Shown here piece after piece: positions 1-12,700 of a stretch of DNA of 64,000 nt. The notes under the pieces were generated by a model. It was not told the DNA's origin, did no database searches, and saw only the letters and a list, made by a program, of their open reading frames with translations. Position numbers and translations under genes: made by a program. The stretch is from Chlorokybus atmophyticus (taxonomy: Eukaryota > Plantae > Mesostigma and Chlorokybus algae). The stretch is from positions 210,003 to 274,002 of the forward strand of contig RHPI01000773.1 in assembly GCA_009103225.1 (NCBI GenBank). The letters are read 5' to 3'. How positions within the stretch are numbered: the stretch's first letter is position 1; the number at the start of each line of letters is the position of its first letter.

Positions 1-2391
1 CCGTGTTTTTTACAAATTCTTGGCCAAGGCACTCGCTCCAAGGCTAATCCGCACCTTCCAGCATGCATCCATCCCACACAATTCGGGATTGTACCTCATT
101 GTTGCATCCTCAACAATGTGTTGATCATAATGGACGCCATGGCCACATGGCAATTTTCCCGCGGACTAATACTGGGCCCGACATACCGGACCAGTATCCT
201 TTAGCATGTCCACGGGGGCCGTGGACTGGTCTCAAGATTGGTCTGGATTGGCAGGGACCGATACTGGTCCCCGATCCTTGAACTGTCGTGGTGGGCCGCG
301 GCAATTTTCAATCATAATGTTGGTCCATACAATGCATTCCAATAATGGTCTAAAAAAGGACCAATAGTTATAAATTTTAACTCATCTGTGGTTTCAATAT
401 TAGTACCAATTAATTCATACATACAATGTTATAAATGGTTATGTGAACCAATACAAGACCAGTACCAATAACGGTACTGATCTTTGAAGCTACTATTTAA
501 CATGCACATCACGGGCGCAGTTGGAACAGCATTATCGATATTTACACATGAAATATAACCTGCACTGAATGGGAAGCACCAAAGCAGTACTCACTACATC
601 ATTGACATTCATATCATTTGAGCCATCAACCACAACAAACTACATCAGATCCTGCATACAACTTGTACGCGGTTGTAAGTGGCACACGCTACAGGCCTGC
701 GCAAGTGTACGTTCAAAAAGCCGGCCTAAACACTTAAAGCTCTTCACGCCTGAAAGGGCTGTTTGTGTGCGGACTCACATGCGTGCATGTGCACACGCCT
801 GGGCGCCTGCAAGCCCAACGCATGTTGACTGCCTGAACAACGCAACATCATAATGCCTACAGGGTACCATGTGTGTGCGTAGCCACGCGAACGGCATGCG
901 CATATCTGAACTGTAGAGCCAGCCACACCTGGGCGATATGTGTGTTGGTGTGCGTGTGCGTGTAACGCATGTGTGTTGCATTAAAAAACAAATGTCTAGC
1001 TAAGCTGCAATTGTCAAGCTTCCACCAGCGCGTAACACCAGAGAGGTTTGACATTGCTGTCGGCAAGTGAAACTAACAAAGTACCTATGCGACTGGAAAG
1101 CCTTGCAAAACACTCGCTGCAAAGCATGGTACTAGGTAAGGAGGAGCAGGCGGCATAGCAAACCTCCAACCTACTTGTATGCAATAGCCCTATTTGTAGC
1201 TTGTGGACTTGCATGCAACGGTAGAGAAAGGGAGGGTCACAAAGACTACTATGTACCGCTAAGAGATAAGCAAGTTAACCTTCATTGCTAAACTTGTGGA
1301 TACCTTAATCAATGGCCAAGCTACAGTGCAATAAAAGCAATTGCACAGTCGCACCTTGCATTGCAAGCTGTAGACAGCGAGGCAATGTTAGGCCGAACCT
1401 TTGGCCTGTACATGACTGCAGCTTAGACTTCAAGCTGTAAACAGCTGCAGCATGTCTGCTCATCAACAACAACAGTAATTTCAACAATAACTGTCAACGC
1501 CCATGAAGAACAACAAGGTAACACCGGTAATACTGAGACCCCCGATATTCTGATTATTCACGAAAAATGGACTGAATATTTAGTCCATTTGCCGTTTCAC
1601 GCGTGTATCGCTTGAAGATTTAGCTATAGTCGTACATTCTGTGCAATGCCTGCCGAGACGAAATCGCGGTTTTCATCCTTGCATGGACTGAATTTTACCG
1701 CCGTCAACAATTGCTGTTAGCGCTGCGAATTTTCACGGCAAATGCTCTAAAAATTTACTGATATTTACGTTGTGTTGGATCAATACTTGAGTACGTAGGT
1801 AAATGCCGTTAATTTTCAACAACACTATCATTATTCACGTTGAAAGGGCCTGAATAACCATCGATAGTTGATTGCGATCAATTGTAAAGCTTTATGTAGT
1901 GCAAATGCCGTTCAACTATATTATTGATAACGGCATGGCGCCGCCAGAGTAAATGACGGGGGTTAGCTGTGTATGTAAATTGCAAGCACCGTAGTAGGCC
2001 AGCGGCTTGGCCTAGTCTGGTGGCTAGCCGGGCGCAGTGCGGCCGGAACACCAGGCCAAGCGCTTGGCCTGGTCCTTCTGACAATGTGGCGTACGGGCGT
2101 TTAAGCCTTACGCCTGCGTGGCCTTGCCGCTGCAGCGCAAGCAAGGCCACGCAGGCTGGCCTGGGCTAGCCAGGCCGGACCAGCGCCGCCGGACCAGCGG
2201 CGGGTCTGGCTACGCTTGGCCTAGCCTCTTGCAGGCCTAGGCTTTAAGCGGTTGCACCCAGGCCAGCTGCTTTGCTGGCGGAGAGAGTAAAGTGTTGCTG
2301 CCAGCACGAGGGTGAGGGCGTGCGAGGGGGCAGTGGGAGAGCGCGAGGCAGGGTAGTTCACAGCGCAAGAGCTCTCTCGCGCTCTCGCGCA

Positions 2392-2433
2392 CTCTCTCTC
2401 TCTCTCTCTCTCTCTCACAGGGGGGGGGGGGGG
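2392..2433. repeat. (CT)n microsatellite followed by poly-G
   Basis: Directly visible. Confidence 0.9.
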
Positions 2434-3576
2434 CACGAGGGCGCAGATAGACACTGTGTAAGAGTTCAAACCTTAAGACATGACCCTTACCTCTCTCTCT
2501 TACTCAATCTCTCTTGCATAAAAGGCTCCCCTTTCTCTCTCTCGAGACGTGCATTGCGTATCTGCAGAGATTTGCACACACGCCACCTCACATCGCATTT
2601 TGTGTACACGTACTTATATGCACACACGCACATTCTTCCCTTCCTCCTCTTCAAACCGAGCGCATGCTACTCGCAAAGAGTTACACACGCATTCTGACAC
2701 GCACACACACATGAATGTGTACAGCCGCCATCCCAACCAAGCAAGAAACTCCGAATACATTTCTCCCTTACGCAAAACCCCCTTGCAACATTTGTACGCA
2801 ATCAGACACCATCTAGTAAGCTTTCTAAACACACACATGCTGTGGTTGAGCGCCTTATACACACGCACACACATGGCAGCACACCCCTTTTATACGCACA
2901 CATGCTGCATGCATGTGTGAGAAGGGTGCACCGCAGTCATTCACTATACACGCATGCACACGGATCCGCATGCACACTAACGCTGCACTCCGTTAGCAAC
3001 AAGCCTTTGCCTATCCTTTCAACATGCCTGTGGTGATTCTCATGTGCTATGCTAGACAATAGGCTACCATGCAAACTGCTGGCATACACCTAAACCACTA
3101 ATCTATACAACCAATCTATCAAGCACACATAGCAGAAATCGCAACAATAATAACGACACCAACAACTGCTACTGCTGCTACTATTACGGCTACTACGGCC
3201 ACTGCTATTCCTTTCTACTAGGGCCTACTGCTTGAAGGAGCAGGGGGAAGGAGCAGTGGAGCTAGAGGGCAAAAGCACCGGGAAGGCAGCAGCGGTGGTT
3301 CCGCCGAGCACAGGGAAAGCAGCGGGGCGGAGCAGCAGGGCAGCAAAGCCTGGTACAAACCGCACAAAGCACCTTACCTACAACTGTACAAACAATCACA
3401 CTCTGCAACACTCTCATACTGCCATTACCTCCGCCGCTGGCGCCGCCAACGCCGCCCACACCGCGACCGCCACCGCCACAGTCAGCAAGGTAACTGTTGG
3501 CGGCGAAGATAATGTAGATTAGGGTTTAACAGCGTGCTGCAATATGAACATGGCATCTCACTTGTTTGTTCGGTAT

Positions 3577-3648
3577 GTGCATTGTAGTCTAGTGGCTTAT
3601 TGCTTGTCCTAGTAACCTGCAGGTCGTGAATTCAATTCTCGCATGCCC
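3577..3648 (+). pseudogene. tRNA-like (Thr-AGT-like) head, probably SINE- or pseudo-tRNA-derived
   Basis: A-box-like GTCTAGTGG, anticodon loop CTAGTAA, B-box-like GAATTCAATTC, and a 3' CATGCCC acceptor-like end. Stems pair imperfectly. Confidence 0.45.
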
Positions 3649-3824
3649 CGCCGTCAGCTACTAGAGGGACGTTGTCCCACTTTCGTGATTCCGGGGTCGC
3701 GCTGTCCTCTGCACTGTCCTAGTAACCTGCAGGTCGTGAATTCAATTCTCGCATGCCCCGCCGTCAGCTACTAGAGGGACGTTGTCCCACTTTCGTGATT
3801 CCGGGGTCGCGCTGTCCTCTGCAC
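3605..3824. repeat. Perfect 110-bp tandem duplication
   Basis: 3605-3714 is identical to 3715-3824. Confidence 0.95.
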
Positions 3825-4936
3825 CTACTCCGATTGGTCCTTGCCATCGGACCATTTTTTTCATGCTCAACGCGCGCGTTCGTGAATACTAAGACTTCTC
3901 CACTGTGAAACTTCACGCACACTATGCGTGAATAACCAATCCTTAGCGCTGGCCAGTTTTTACCGGCAAATCCATTGAATATTCATTGCTTCTATTCAGG
4001 GCATTTGCCCTGAATAATCATTTATCTCAACGGCGACCACAACAGCCATGTGTGTGGCGCATTCACGCACACAATACATGAATATTCAGACTGAACGCCT
4101 TGAATATTTAAAAAATCGAGGGTCTCAAAATTACCGGTGTAATGACAACCAGTATATGTGAACCTATGCGTTAGATATAACGATAAGCTTAAAAATGCAA
4201 GCTTAAATTGTACGGTCGGCCCCGCAACACGAGCATCCAATCCAGATCAATGTTGGTCCCATAGTAACACGAGTTTAAATGCTATAGCCACTTGCACGAT
4301 CGGTCATAGTTCAGACATCAGCACTAGTAGTGGTTTTAATGTCGGCACCTCTATACTGGCAACAATCAATGACCGAACTAACACCGGCTTTGATGTTGAC
4401 CCAACCGGTATACTGGCTCGACGGTATCAGCATTGGTCCGGTACATTGATAGAACTACTTATAAGGGGCTCGCTTTTGCGCGCCTGTATTAGACCGGCCT
4501 CGTGGAACAGTAGTTTTTGCAAAAATTGCCATGTGGGCTCACCTACTCTCCACTGAACAACAAGGAGCACTTTTTTTATTCAACTTTCAAAGGCCTTTGA
4601 CGGGGTGGATTGAAACTTCCTCAACCTAATTTTTCGCTTCGGCTTTTCCCCAGGTATTGTGACTGGGAGTGCACACTCGACGGGGGCAGACACAGCTGTG
4701 TCAACATCAACAGGGTTCCATCTCACTCATTTCCATTGTAGAGAAGTGTACGCCAAGGTTGCCCTCTGACTCCGTTCCTTTTCATCTTCGCCACAGAGGC
4801 GCTTGGCGCTCTCATTGCAGCTCCACAACCATTCAAGGTGTCTCCCTTCCCACCCCACAATACCATGGAGGTGTACTTGCTTTGTACATAAGCCTCCTTC
4901 ACCGGCCCGAATACTCCCTCGCCACACTGTAACATC

Positions 4937-6282
4937 GGCGCCTTAACCACTAGGCTATGCCAGCAAAATCGCTGCTATAAGAGGAGCAACATGCCATTGA
5001 TCATGTCACATGCGTTGTAAATCTCTTACTGTGACTGATCAGGGACTAACGGGTGCCTGACCCTACCTGACCCTACCTCGACCTGATGACTTTGATCGTA
5101 CAAAGACTGACTGCTGGTGCATACATAAATATTGTGCACAACAATTAACGGCCGACTGCCTATCGTACAATATGTCGAGTGGACTGTTGCCTGCATGTCA
5201 TGACCTGCTTGTTATATATATTGACGGCCGACGTAGGTTGTGTAGCATCTGCGGTGGCGACCTGCCTGTTATGATAATTAAGTGACCTCTCAGTCTTCTA
5301 ATAGCGACAAATAATACCCGAAGGTCACGTAATTAGCACGGCCGACCGCCAATCGTACAGCATATGAAAATGCTGTATCCTCCCCAGGTACATGGCCATT
5401 GCCAATATGTAGTCGGCCGGCAGGGCAAACATTTTGCAACGTAACTACAATGTGACATTCCTCCCAACTCGCTACCGGTGGGGTCATCCCCGTGCGTGAG
5501 CCAAACACAACGACTTACCCATGTTACTCAAGCTCGCAATGACCTGCCCGCGATCAGCAAGTTGCGCGCCGCAGCTAACCTTTTTCCCTGTCCCATGCTG
5601 ACCGGACCCTCTCAAAGCGCGCAGTGACGAGTCGTCAATGCGTGCCGATTGCCAATCATTGGGCAAGCCTGCGACTATTTGAACGGTCGTAGGTTCATAA
5701 GCAGTGCTCATTGAGCACTACCTGTAACGGAGTGCTACCTCTATAGAGGTTCCTCGTCCTTATTTAGGATTGAATCAGGGTCCCAACGGGTATTTATATA
5801 CAGCTAATTAGGCCGTATTAAAGCCGTTGACCTAGTGTTAAAATCTTAATGTACTGTTACTTATCTGTGACACTGATTGACGTTCGACATGAGTCTCATG
5901 TCGATATTAGTTGTATGGAGGCACTGCTACTGCAACAGCCGCCATAGCCAACGGATCTTCTGCTCCAGCAGTTGCCCATGGCGACGGCGGTGAGAACGGC
6001 GTGGCTGGAGGTGGTGTTGGGGATTGAAGGGAGGAAGTAGCACCCTCTCTCCTTACACAACCGCTTCAACGGGTGCAACCTCGCGCGGTGCTTACAAGCA
6101 TTAATTTGCCAATGTTCGACTTGATTCAGTTTCACGGTAGCCAGCCATTCTTGTCCCTTGGAGTGAGATTGACCCTGTGCCGGTCAGCTTCGTTATTATT
6201 ACTAAAGTATTGGCGCTCTAACCACTAGGCTAAGGCAGGAGAAGTTGCTGCCATAGGAGGAGCCACATGTCATTTAGCCATG
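4937..6282. repeat. Diverged ~70-bp direct repeats (4937-5007, 6212-6282)
   Basis: Both read GGCGC..TAACCACTAGGCTA...GCTGC.ATA.GAGGAGC.ACATG.CATT. Confidence 0.7.
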
Positions 6283-7462
6283 TTCCATAACCATGATATC
6301 ACAACCACATACTGCTCGGCGTCAAATTCATAGCTCAACCTTGGCAAATTCATGTGCTTTCGGTCCCACCTCATTTCCGCTTCCAGACCGAGGCGTGTCA
6401 CGGCTTCAACCACACAGAGTGATCAAAGTGCTTGGAGTCCCAATTGTCCGGGGAGGGCCTCAACAAAGCAGCAACTTTTTACCATGTCATCAACACCATG
6501 CAACAAAGTCTGCAACGGTGACTGCGTCACCCTCTATCCTTGACATGTCGAGCCATTATCTCTTTATATGCAGTCTTAGCATGCATGTGGCACATGGTAG
6601 CAGTGGTCTCACCTCCTCTCTCCTCACTAACTATCATCACATCACATATCCGCTCCTTTCTGTGGAAGCGCTCTTCAATAGCAGGAGGTCTGAAAAACCA
6701 GGCACGGGCGACTGCTTGGCTTGCATTCGCATGGATGACGACGATTGCTTGCTTTGCGATCAGCAACAGCAAGAGTCTCCCCCGCACCTTAATATGAAAT
6801 GCAACAACAGCCAGCTATTGTGGGCTTGGGTCTAACTGTGGTCAAGCCTTGGAAGAGGCTTGCTACGCCTGAACCCGGCCTCTTTCGCTACACCTTCCCA
6901 TGGTCCTTCACACTTTTGCCACGTGTGGCACATCGTGTTTCAAAGTGAGTCCCATTTTGTTTTGGTAGATCAAGGTCTCCCGCAACAGATTTATGTTTTA
7001 CAACCAAACAGCATCCTCTTAGCAGTGCATATCCGCCTTCTCTCACTCCATTCTACAACACGCAAAGGGAAATGGCAGCGTGTTACCTTTACTTCCAGCT
7101 CTGAGGACAAACGCCTTCCTTGCCTGCAATAAGTTCCAGTCCATATGGGGCTTCAACAACCTTCTCTGCTCACCAACACGGTCTCTCCCATTCCCAACAA
7201 TCTTATGGCATCCCTCCGCTCTCTCTTAGCCCTCCTCATATATTATTTTCCATGCTTACGGGTTTTTCCTTTTGCCTAGCACATCTAAGGCTCCCGCAAC
7301 AGGTGCAAATTGACAACGAGACAACATCCTCTCAGCAGTGCATATCCGCCTCCTCTCACTCGATTACATGGGGCCTGCAGCCCATGCCATTACTAGCACG
7401 AACCGGTTGTGCCAATACGGACACCGACCTTTTTGAGCTCGGCGCAAGAAGCCCCGAAACTG

Positions 7463-7512
7463 GCACCAAACCGCTTGTGCCACTTACCTACATGGCACAA
7501 GCGGTTTGGTGC
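7463..7512. repeat. Perfect 20-bp inverted repeat with 10-nt loop
   Basis: GCACCAAACCGCTTGTGCCA-cttacctaca-TGGCACAAGCGGTTTGGTGC. Confidence 0.95.
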
Positions 7513-8019
7513 TAATACTGGCACGCCTAAAATGCAGTTCAAACAGTCACAATAATGGCTGAATACCATCGTTAGCACAAATCTAGCCGTGCCAGCATTA
7601 CATGTGCCATCAATCATGGCGTACACGGTGTACTACTTGCAGGTGCTAATACTGGCACATGTTATATCATGCTGTTTACGTAGTCATGAAAGGTAATTAC
7701 GAGGATCACGATGTCACAATATGTGATTCGGTCATACCATAAACCAAGTGTACAAAGCAAAGCGCATTTTACTACACGGTCATAGCTATCGCTCTATATC
7801 TCAAAACTTGTATCATAATTACAATAACATCTGCAACTTATGCAGCTGCCGTTGCTAGAGCTGCAGCAGCTCCAGCTCCAGCTCTGTAGGGTTGCGACGA
7901 ACGCAAATTAAAAGAAAACACCAATCAACTGGAAGACCCGCGCAAACATGCAAATCAGACCAATAGCTATGCAAGCAGGTCAATGTATGCAACATCACAT
8001 ATTTGGTTGCATTGTTCGC

Positions 8020-9700
8020 ATGCAAAAAGTGGAAGTCAGTATGATATACATGAAGTGCATTAGGTCATGTTTGACAAAAGCTGCATAACTGGCGTATATT
8101 CAATGGCATGATTGGCATGCAAAAGGTGGAAGTCAGCATCCGCAAGTCCAGATGCAAGAACAACTTGCAGCGCATGCGCCTCTACTCAGCGAAGCTCCAA
8201 AGCAAGTTCAACATAACGTGGGACAAGCAGGCGGCTTCCGACAGCGAGAATTTCAATAATGCCGACTACACCATAGAAGTCACGAACTCGAACATCTCAA
8301 AAGCCGAAGTTTAGTTTGCCACTTGATGCTTTGGGGAGTGGCGTGTATATAATCGCCTAGGCATCACAATAGGAGTGAGGCAGCGTGCTAGCTTGACAGC
8401 GACTTGTGTCCTTGTATCGTGTGACAGCGCGCGTGCGGCAGATTTTGTTCCATAGATTGGCTTGGGTTGTTAAGCTGCCTGTCATCTACCTTCATGGCTA
8501 TGTGTCATATGTAACTTCTATTTTGCCACCAGCTACTTTCATTGGAACTCGCAGAACGCGTTTTTGAATGCATGCAAGTTGCCCATGTGTGCTCCACGGG
8601 GTGATGCATGCACACTGTTGGCAATGCGCAGGATTGCAAGATGCTTTTACCTTCTCTTCAAAAATTGGGTCACAGAAGCTGCTAATGGTGGGAGTTGACC
8701 CAAAACCCTGCAGCGTATTTGGCAACAGCGTTTACCATTATATCCATGTAGGCCTTGCAGCCATAATCAAGAATTTAAGGTAATATGTAGACAACTTTAC
8801 CTATTAGCTGTAAGGCTGTGTGGTCAAGAAGGTACATGGCGACAGGGGTTGTGTTGTAGTTGGGCATGGCGTAACGGGCGGCATAGATGTTGTACAGGCA
8901 AGGGGCCTTCAGCCGGCGAGGTTGTCTTGGTTGCCACCATGCAAGGAGGCAGCACTTCAGCGGCGGCGGCGGCAGCGGCGGCAACCCCTGTTGATGACTC
9001 AGACATCACCGGCACCAAAAATCGGTGGTACAAGAAATGTGAGTGGACGCAGCTGGGTGCACCCGGGTAGTCACACATATGCCTCAATGTGGCAGGCATT
9101 ACCCCATTCAAGCCTTGCCTATGCATATCTTTTGCATGCATGGTTAATAGCTCCATCACTTTTTGAGTCTTGTAGGCTGGCGCTTGACGCAAGCAAGTCA
9201 CGGAGCTTATTAAACACATCGCCAAGCTGGCAAAAGAGGCAAGGCCTGTCATTGCAATATCAGGTACATGCTGAGTAGGTTGTCATCTGCCTGCTGTCAA
9301 CTGCCTCAAATTTGCGCGTGCAAAACAAGGCACTGAAGCAAAAAAAACAGAAGCTGCTAATGTCGTATTTTGAGGAGCAGGGTAGCTACGTTGTGGTTGT
9401 GAATGAGGTATGTTGTCCTGTATTCAGCATGCTTGCTTGCACCGTTGACTATGAAACTTGTATTGATATGTGTCTATTATGTGCAAAAAGTGGAAGTTGA
9501 GGTGTGCAAATCAAGGTACAAGAAAAAGGGAAGCGCATGCATATTCATATGGAGAAGCTTGCGCATAAGCTAAACAAAGCATAGGCGAAGCAGGCGGCTA
9601 ACGACAGCGAGACCTCCAATGATGCTGACTACGGCAACGAAGTGACGGATTCCTCTGACATTAAGCTATCGGAAGGCGAAGCATAGGGACTTAGTGGCTA
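8020..9700 (+). pseudogene. Decayed, partly duplicated orphan gene fragments
   Basis: 8020-8320 and 9485-9690 encode related peptides (QKVEV...KQAASDSENFNNADY versus QKVEV...KQAANDSETSNDADY). Spliced-looking exons lie at 8940-9262. Stops and frameshifts are present. Confidence 0.45.
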
Positions 9701-10128
9701 AGATGAAGGACTTAGTGTCTCTGCAGCTTGCACATAAGTATTGTGTGACTGACAGCATAGCTCGCTATAGTGCTGAGTTGGGTGGGTCTGGGCGCAATTG
9801 AGCACATCGAAAAAACTCGATTCACGCTCAGCGTATCTTGCAACATGCGGTTTACCGACCATGTAACAACCACAAGACTTGCTCCCTGCTTAACACTTTG
9901 TTCTGTTAGGTTGTGAATCGCATGCGTTACTGTGCAGCGTGTATCACAATCACGCTTGCTGCAAATAGTGATGTCCTTGGTGGCATGGCTAACACTATGT
10001 GTCATGTCAAGCATCAGCAATAGCAAGAAACACACCAGCACACTTGGATCATTTAAGCATGCAACATTTGGGTCTCGCACCCTCTATGCCTGGGCCATCA
10101 CTGCAGACACAACCCATTATCAATATGT

Positions 10129-12700
10129 CTATATGCAGATTCCGATGCAAGGGGCAGACCATGCTTGAGCCACGGCCCTTGCTCTGTGATGGCTGCCAGG
10201 CAAGAAGTAGGCAGGCGCTCCATCCTTCTTTGTACCGCGCAAGACTTTGCCTGTGCCATGGTCATCGATGCGAACACAAGATGCAAGTCCTTGGGCATCA
10301 CCATGATGCGTTTGGTATGAATGGCGACCAATTGGCTGCATGGCAAACAATAGTTTAAGGAAGACATTACTGGCATCTGCCTAGTGCGCTCACCTTCTTT
10401 CAAAAATCTCAACAAGAAAAGCCTCAGCGGATTCGTGCATCGCTGACATTGCGGTGGCCTGAAAGCGGACTGCCTCAAGCATTATTGGCGTAGCGATCTC
10501 GCGGACCAATCGAGCGAACGGGAGCTGCGACAAATATGCACAAAATTGAGATTGGGTTGCGTTTTGCCACATGCATGTGCTACCGACTGTGTTTGCAATG
10601 CAGTGGCAACTCACGCACCTTGGGGAGCAACAACTCTCGACCCTTTTGGTAACGGCGTATCTTGGGCAATGCTATGGTCTTTGATTAATACTTGTGTGGC
10701 TTGGACGCTTTGCGCTTGTTGGTGGCAGCTGCTGCCTCTTAATTGGGAGGCAATTCCGCTGGCTTGCGCGGCAATGACTTCTTTGCGACGCGCGAGTGGC
10801 GTCCCTTCTTCTTCATGAGAGTGCGCGTTTTTGCTAATGGTGACTTGCTTTTTGATATGCGCTTGACGGGAGGGGTGCCGGGTAGAGCGTCGGCGCTGCT
10901 GCGCTCTCTTTTGCCCTTGGCGGCTGGTGGTGCCGTATCAGCATTCTGCATGTGTTTCACCGCATGTTTCGCCCAATCCCACTTGAGGTCCGCTGCCTTC
11001 CTTGCATTTTTGCCCTGCAAATTCATCACGATTTGTCTGCATTGGCATGCCAGGCCAAAAGAGATCACGTCAACCATCAACAACAAACATGCAGATTGTG
11101 AGGACGCAAACAGGCTGCTAGACCATCAAGTGCGTATTTGTTGATGCTGGCTCTTAGCATGCTTTTATAGATTAAGCTGCTCTGTTAAATAGCCTTCCTT
11201 TGCCTCCTTCTGCAGCTTCTTGGACTAAACCTGCTCACCTGCTGGGAGGCTATTCAATTCATCATCGCCTACCAGCAGCCGCGACAAATTTTTAAACGCA
11301 ATTGACTCTTGCCCACGACTTGTCCTGTTTGGACTTCTCTTTATCTGCTTTTAGTTCAACACAAGCTAGCGCGAAGTTGGGGTCCAGTTGTGGTTCGGCT
11401 TTGGCTTCTCGGGTGCTGGGGTGTTGTCCGCCTCCTTGCGGGTGCTTGGTTGTTGTCCGGGTCCTTCGTGGTTGGTGGGTCATATAGGAGGGTGCGCCCG
11501 CAGAGTCCTTGCTGCGCATCAACTCATGCCATTGCTGCAGCACCTTGCAACTCCGTGCCCCGCACAAACAAGTCAGTGACGACCTTTCAGTCGTCACGGT
11601 CGCCACCTGCTGGCACGCCCTCCTTGCTAAAGTCTCTGACTGTCACAGGGATCCTCATTGTGTACAATTGTTTGGGTACACCTTGACACAATTGTGTAAT
11701 GGAGCACTATATATGCGTTGCATAGGTGCAGTTTTTAACACACAAGTGCTGACCTCCGAGTGCGTGCTTTCCTTGTTGTCTTGCGCCATTGAATTGACCA
11801 ATGGTGCATCTACGGGATGTAAACAATCATCACGGATTGCTAAATTGGCAGGGTCCCCCGTTTCGTGTGCCTGCACGCAGACATTTGCAATGTCAATGCA
11901 GGCAATGCATTGTTGTATGTTTCAACTGCATGATTGGGTCTGCAGGGACTCACCTCGCCGGCGCTGTTGTTTTTTGGTCCGGATGCTCGGCTAGTAACAG
12001 CTGAGCAGCAGGCAACTCTGGCTGCTGCTGCGGCTCATGTGAGTTTATGACAAAGCTTGATGCACATACACATAACATGTTCATGTGGAATATATGTAAA
12101 TGAGACTATTCGCGCGTGCTGGTCATGATGCGGCATGCTGCAATGCAGTTGGCAATGAGATACAAATGTCATTGCACATACAAATTTTAATAACCTGCCT
12201 TGTTGGCAACGTTGACCAAGACTGTCCGCTCTTCAAGTCCGAGCTGGGGAGTCGGCGGTTGTTCGAGTGTGCATGCAGCAATTGACGCTACTCACAAACA
12301 TAAACAGACATATACATACACCACATCACACACAAGAGCACTAGGTAGCCAGCACAGCAATTGTCAACCTTTGTCGATCACAACGTCGTCGGAGATTGAG
12401 AAGACAGCGAACACGCACACGAGCACACACTCACACTTGGCTTTTATGGTTGAGCAGCAACACTTACCTGCTGGTCGTCCGCCATGACCCTTAATTCGTT
12501 GTCCAAAGGTGAAAGCGGGTAGACCTGCCGGCGGATGGTAGTTTCCCGCACTCTCGCCACAGCTGCCAGTGCTGCCATCATGCTATGAGCCGTGCCTCTG
12601 CTTTGATCGGTTGATGGCCTGTCCAAACACTGAACGCCAGGGTTGGCAGATGGTCTATTGCGCATGCTGACAATGGAGTTGGCCTCATAGTTGGCTTGAT
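10129..12700 (-). pseudogene. Long multi-exon protein ending in a histone H3/CenH3-like fold (degenerate)
   Basis: Exons ...-10619, 10524-10394 and 10335-... joined by GT-AG introns give KPHKY*SKTIALPKIRRYQKGRELLLPK|LPFARLVREIATPIMLEAVRFQATAMSAMHESAEAFLVEIFERS|QLVAIHTKRIMVMPKDLHLV, a clear H3 fold. In-frame TAA at 10739-41 and 10685-87, and a probable frameshift after the fold. Upstream exons (11.0-12.7 kb) are inferred only. Confidence 0.8.

Larger units (their letters stand above)
1522..4139. mobile_element. Nested non-autonomous CMC/CACTA-like TIR element
   Basis: ~30-bp imperfect TIR: CACCGGTAATACTGAGACCCCCGATATT versus the reverse complement of AAAATCGAGGGTCTCAAAATTACCGGTG. TAA lies on both sides (1519-1521, 4140-4142). 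Subterminal motifs TTATTCACG/CGTGAATAA and TTAGCGCTG...CGGCAAAT occur at both ends. Confidence 0.85.
144..4535. mobile_element. Non-autonomous CMC/CACTA-like TIR DNA element (outer)
   Basis: 14-bp TIR: CACATGGCAATTTT at 144-157 and AAAATTGCCATGTG ending at 4535. GGC lies on both sides (141-143, 4536-4538), a 3-bp TSD. The subterminal motif ATACTGG recurs near both ends. No transposase inside. Confidence 0.8.

Noticed and set aside
4600-4618. GACGGGGTGGATTGAAAC resembles the 3' end of a CRISPR repeat
   Set aside because: Single occurrence, no spacers or cas genes, eukaryotic context
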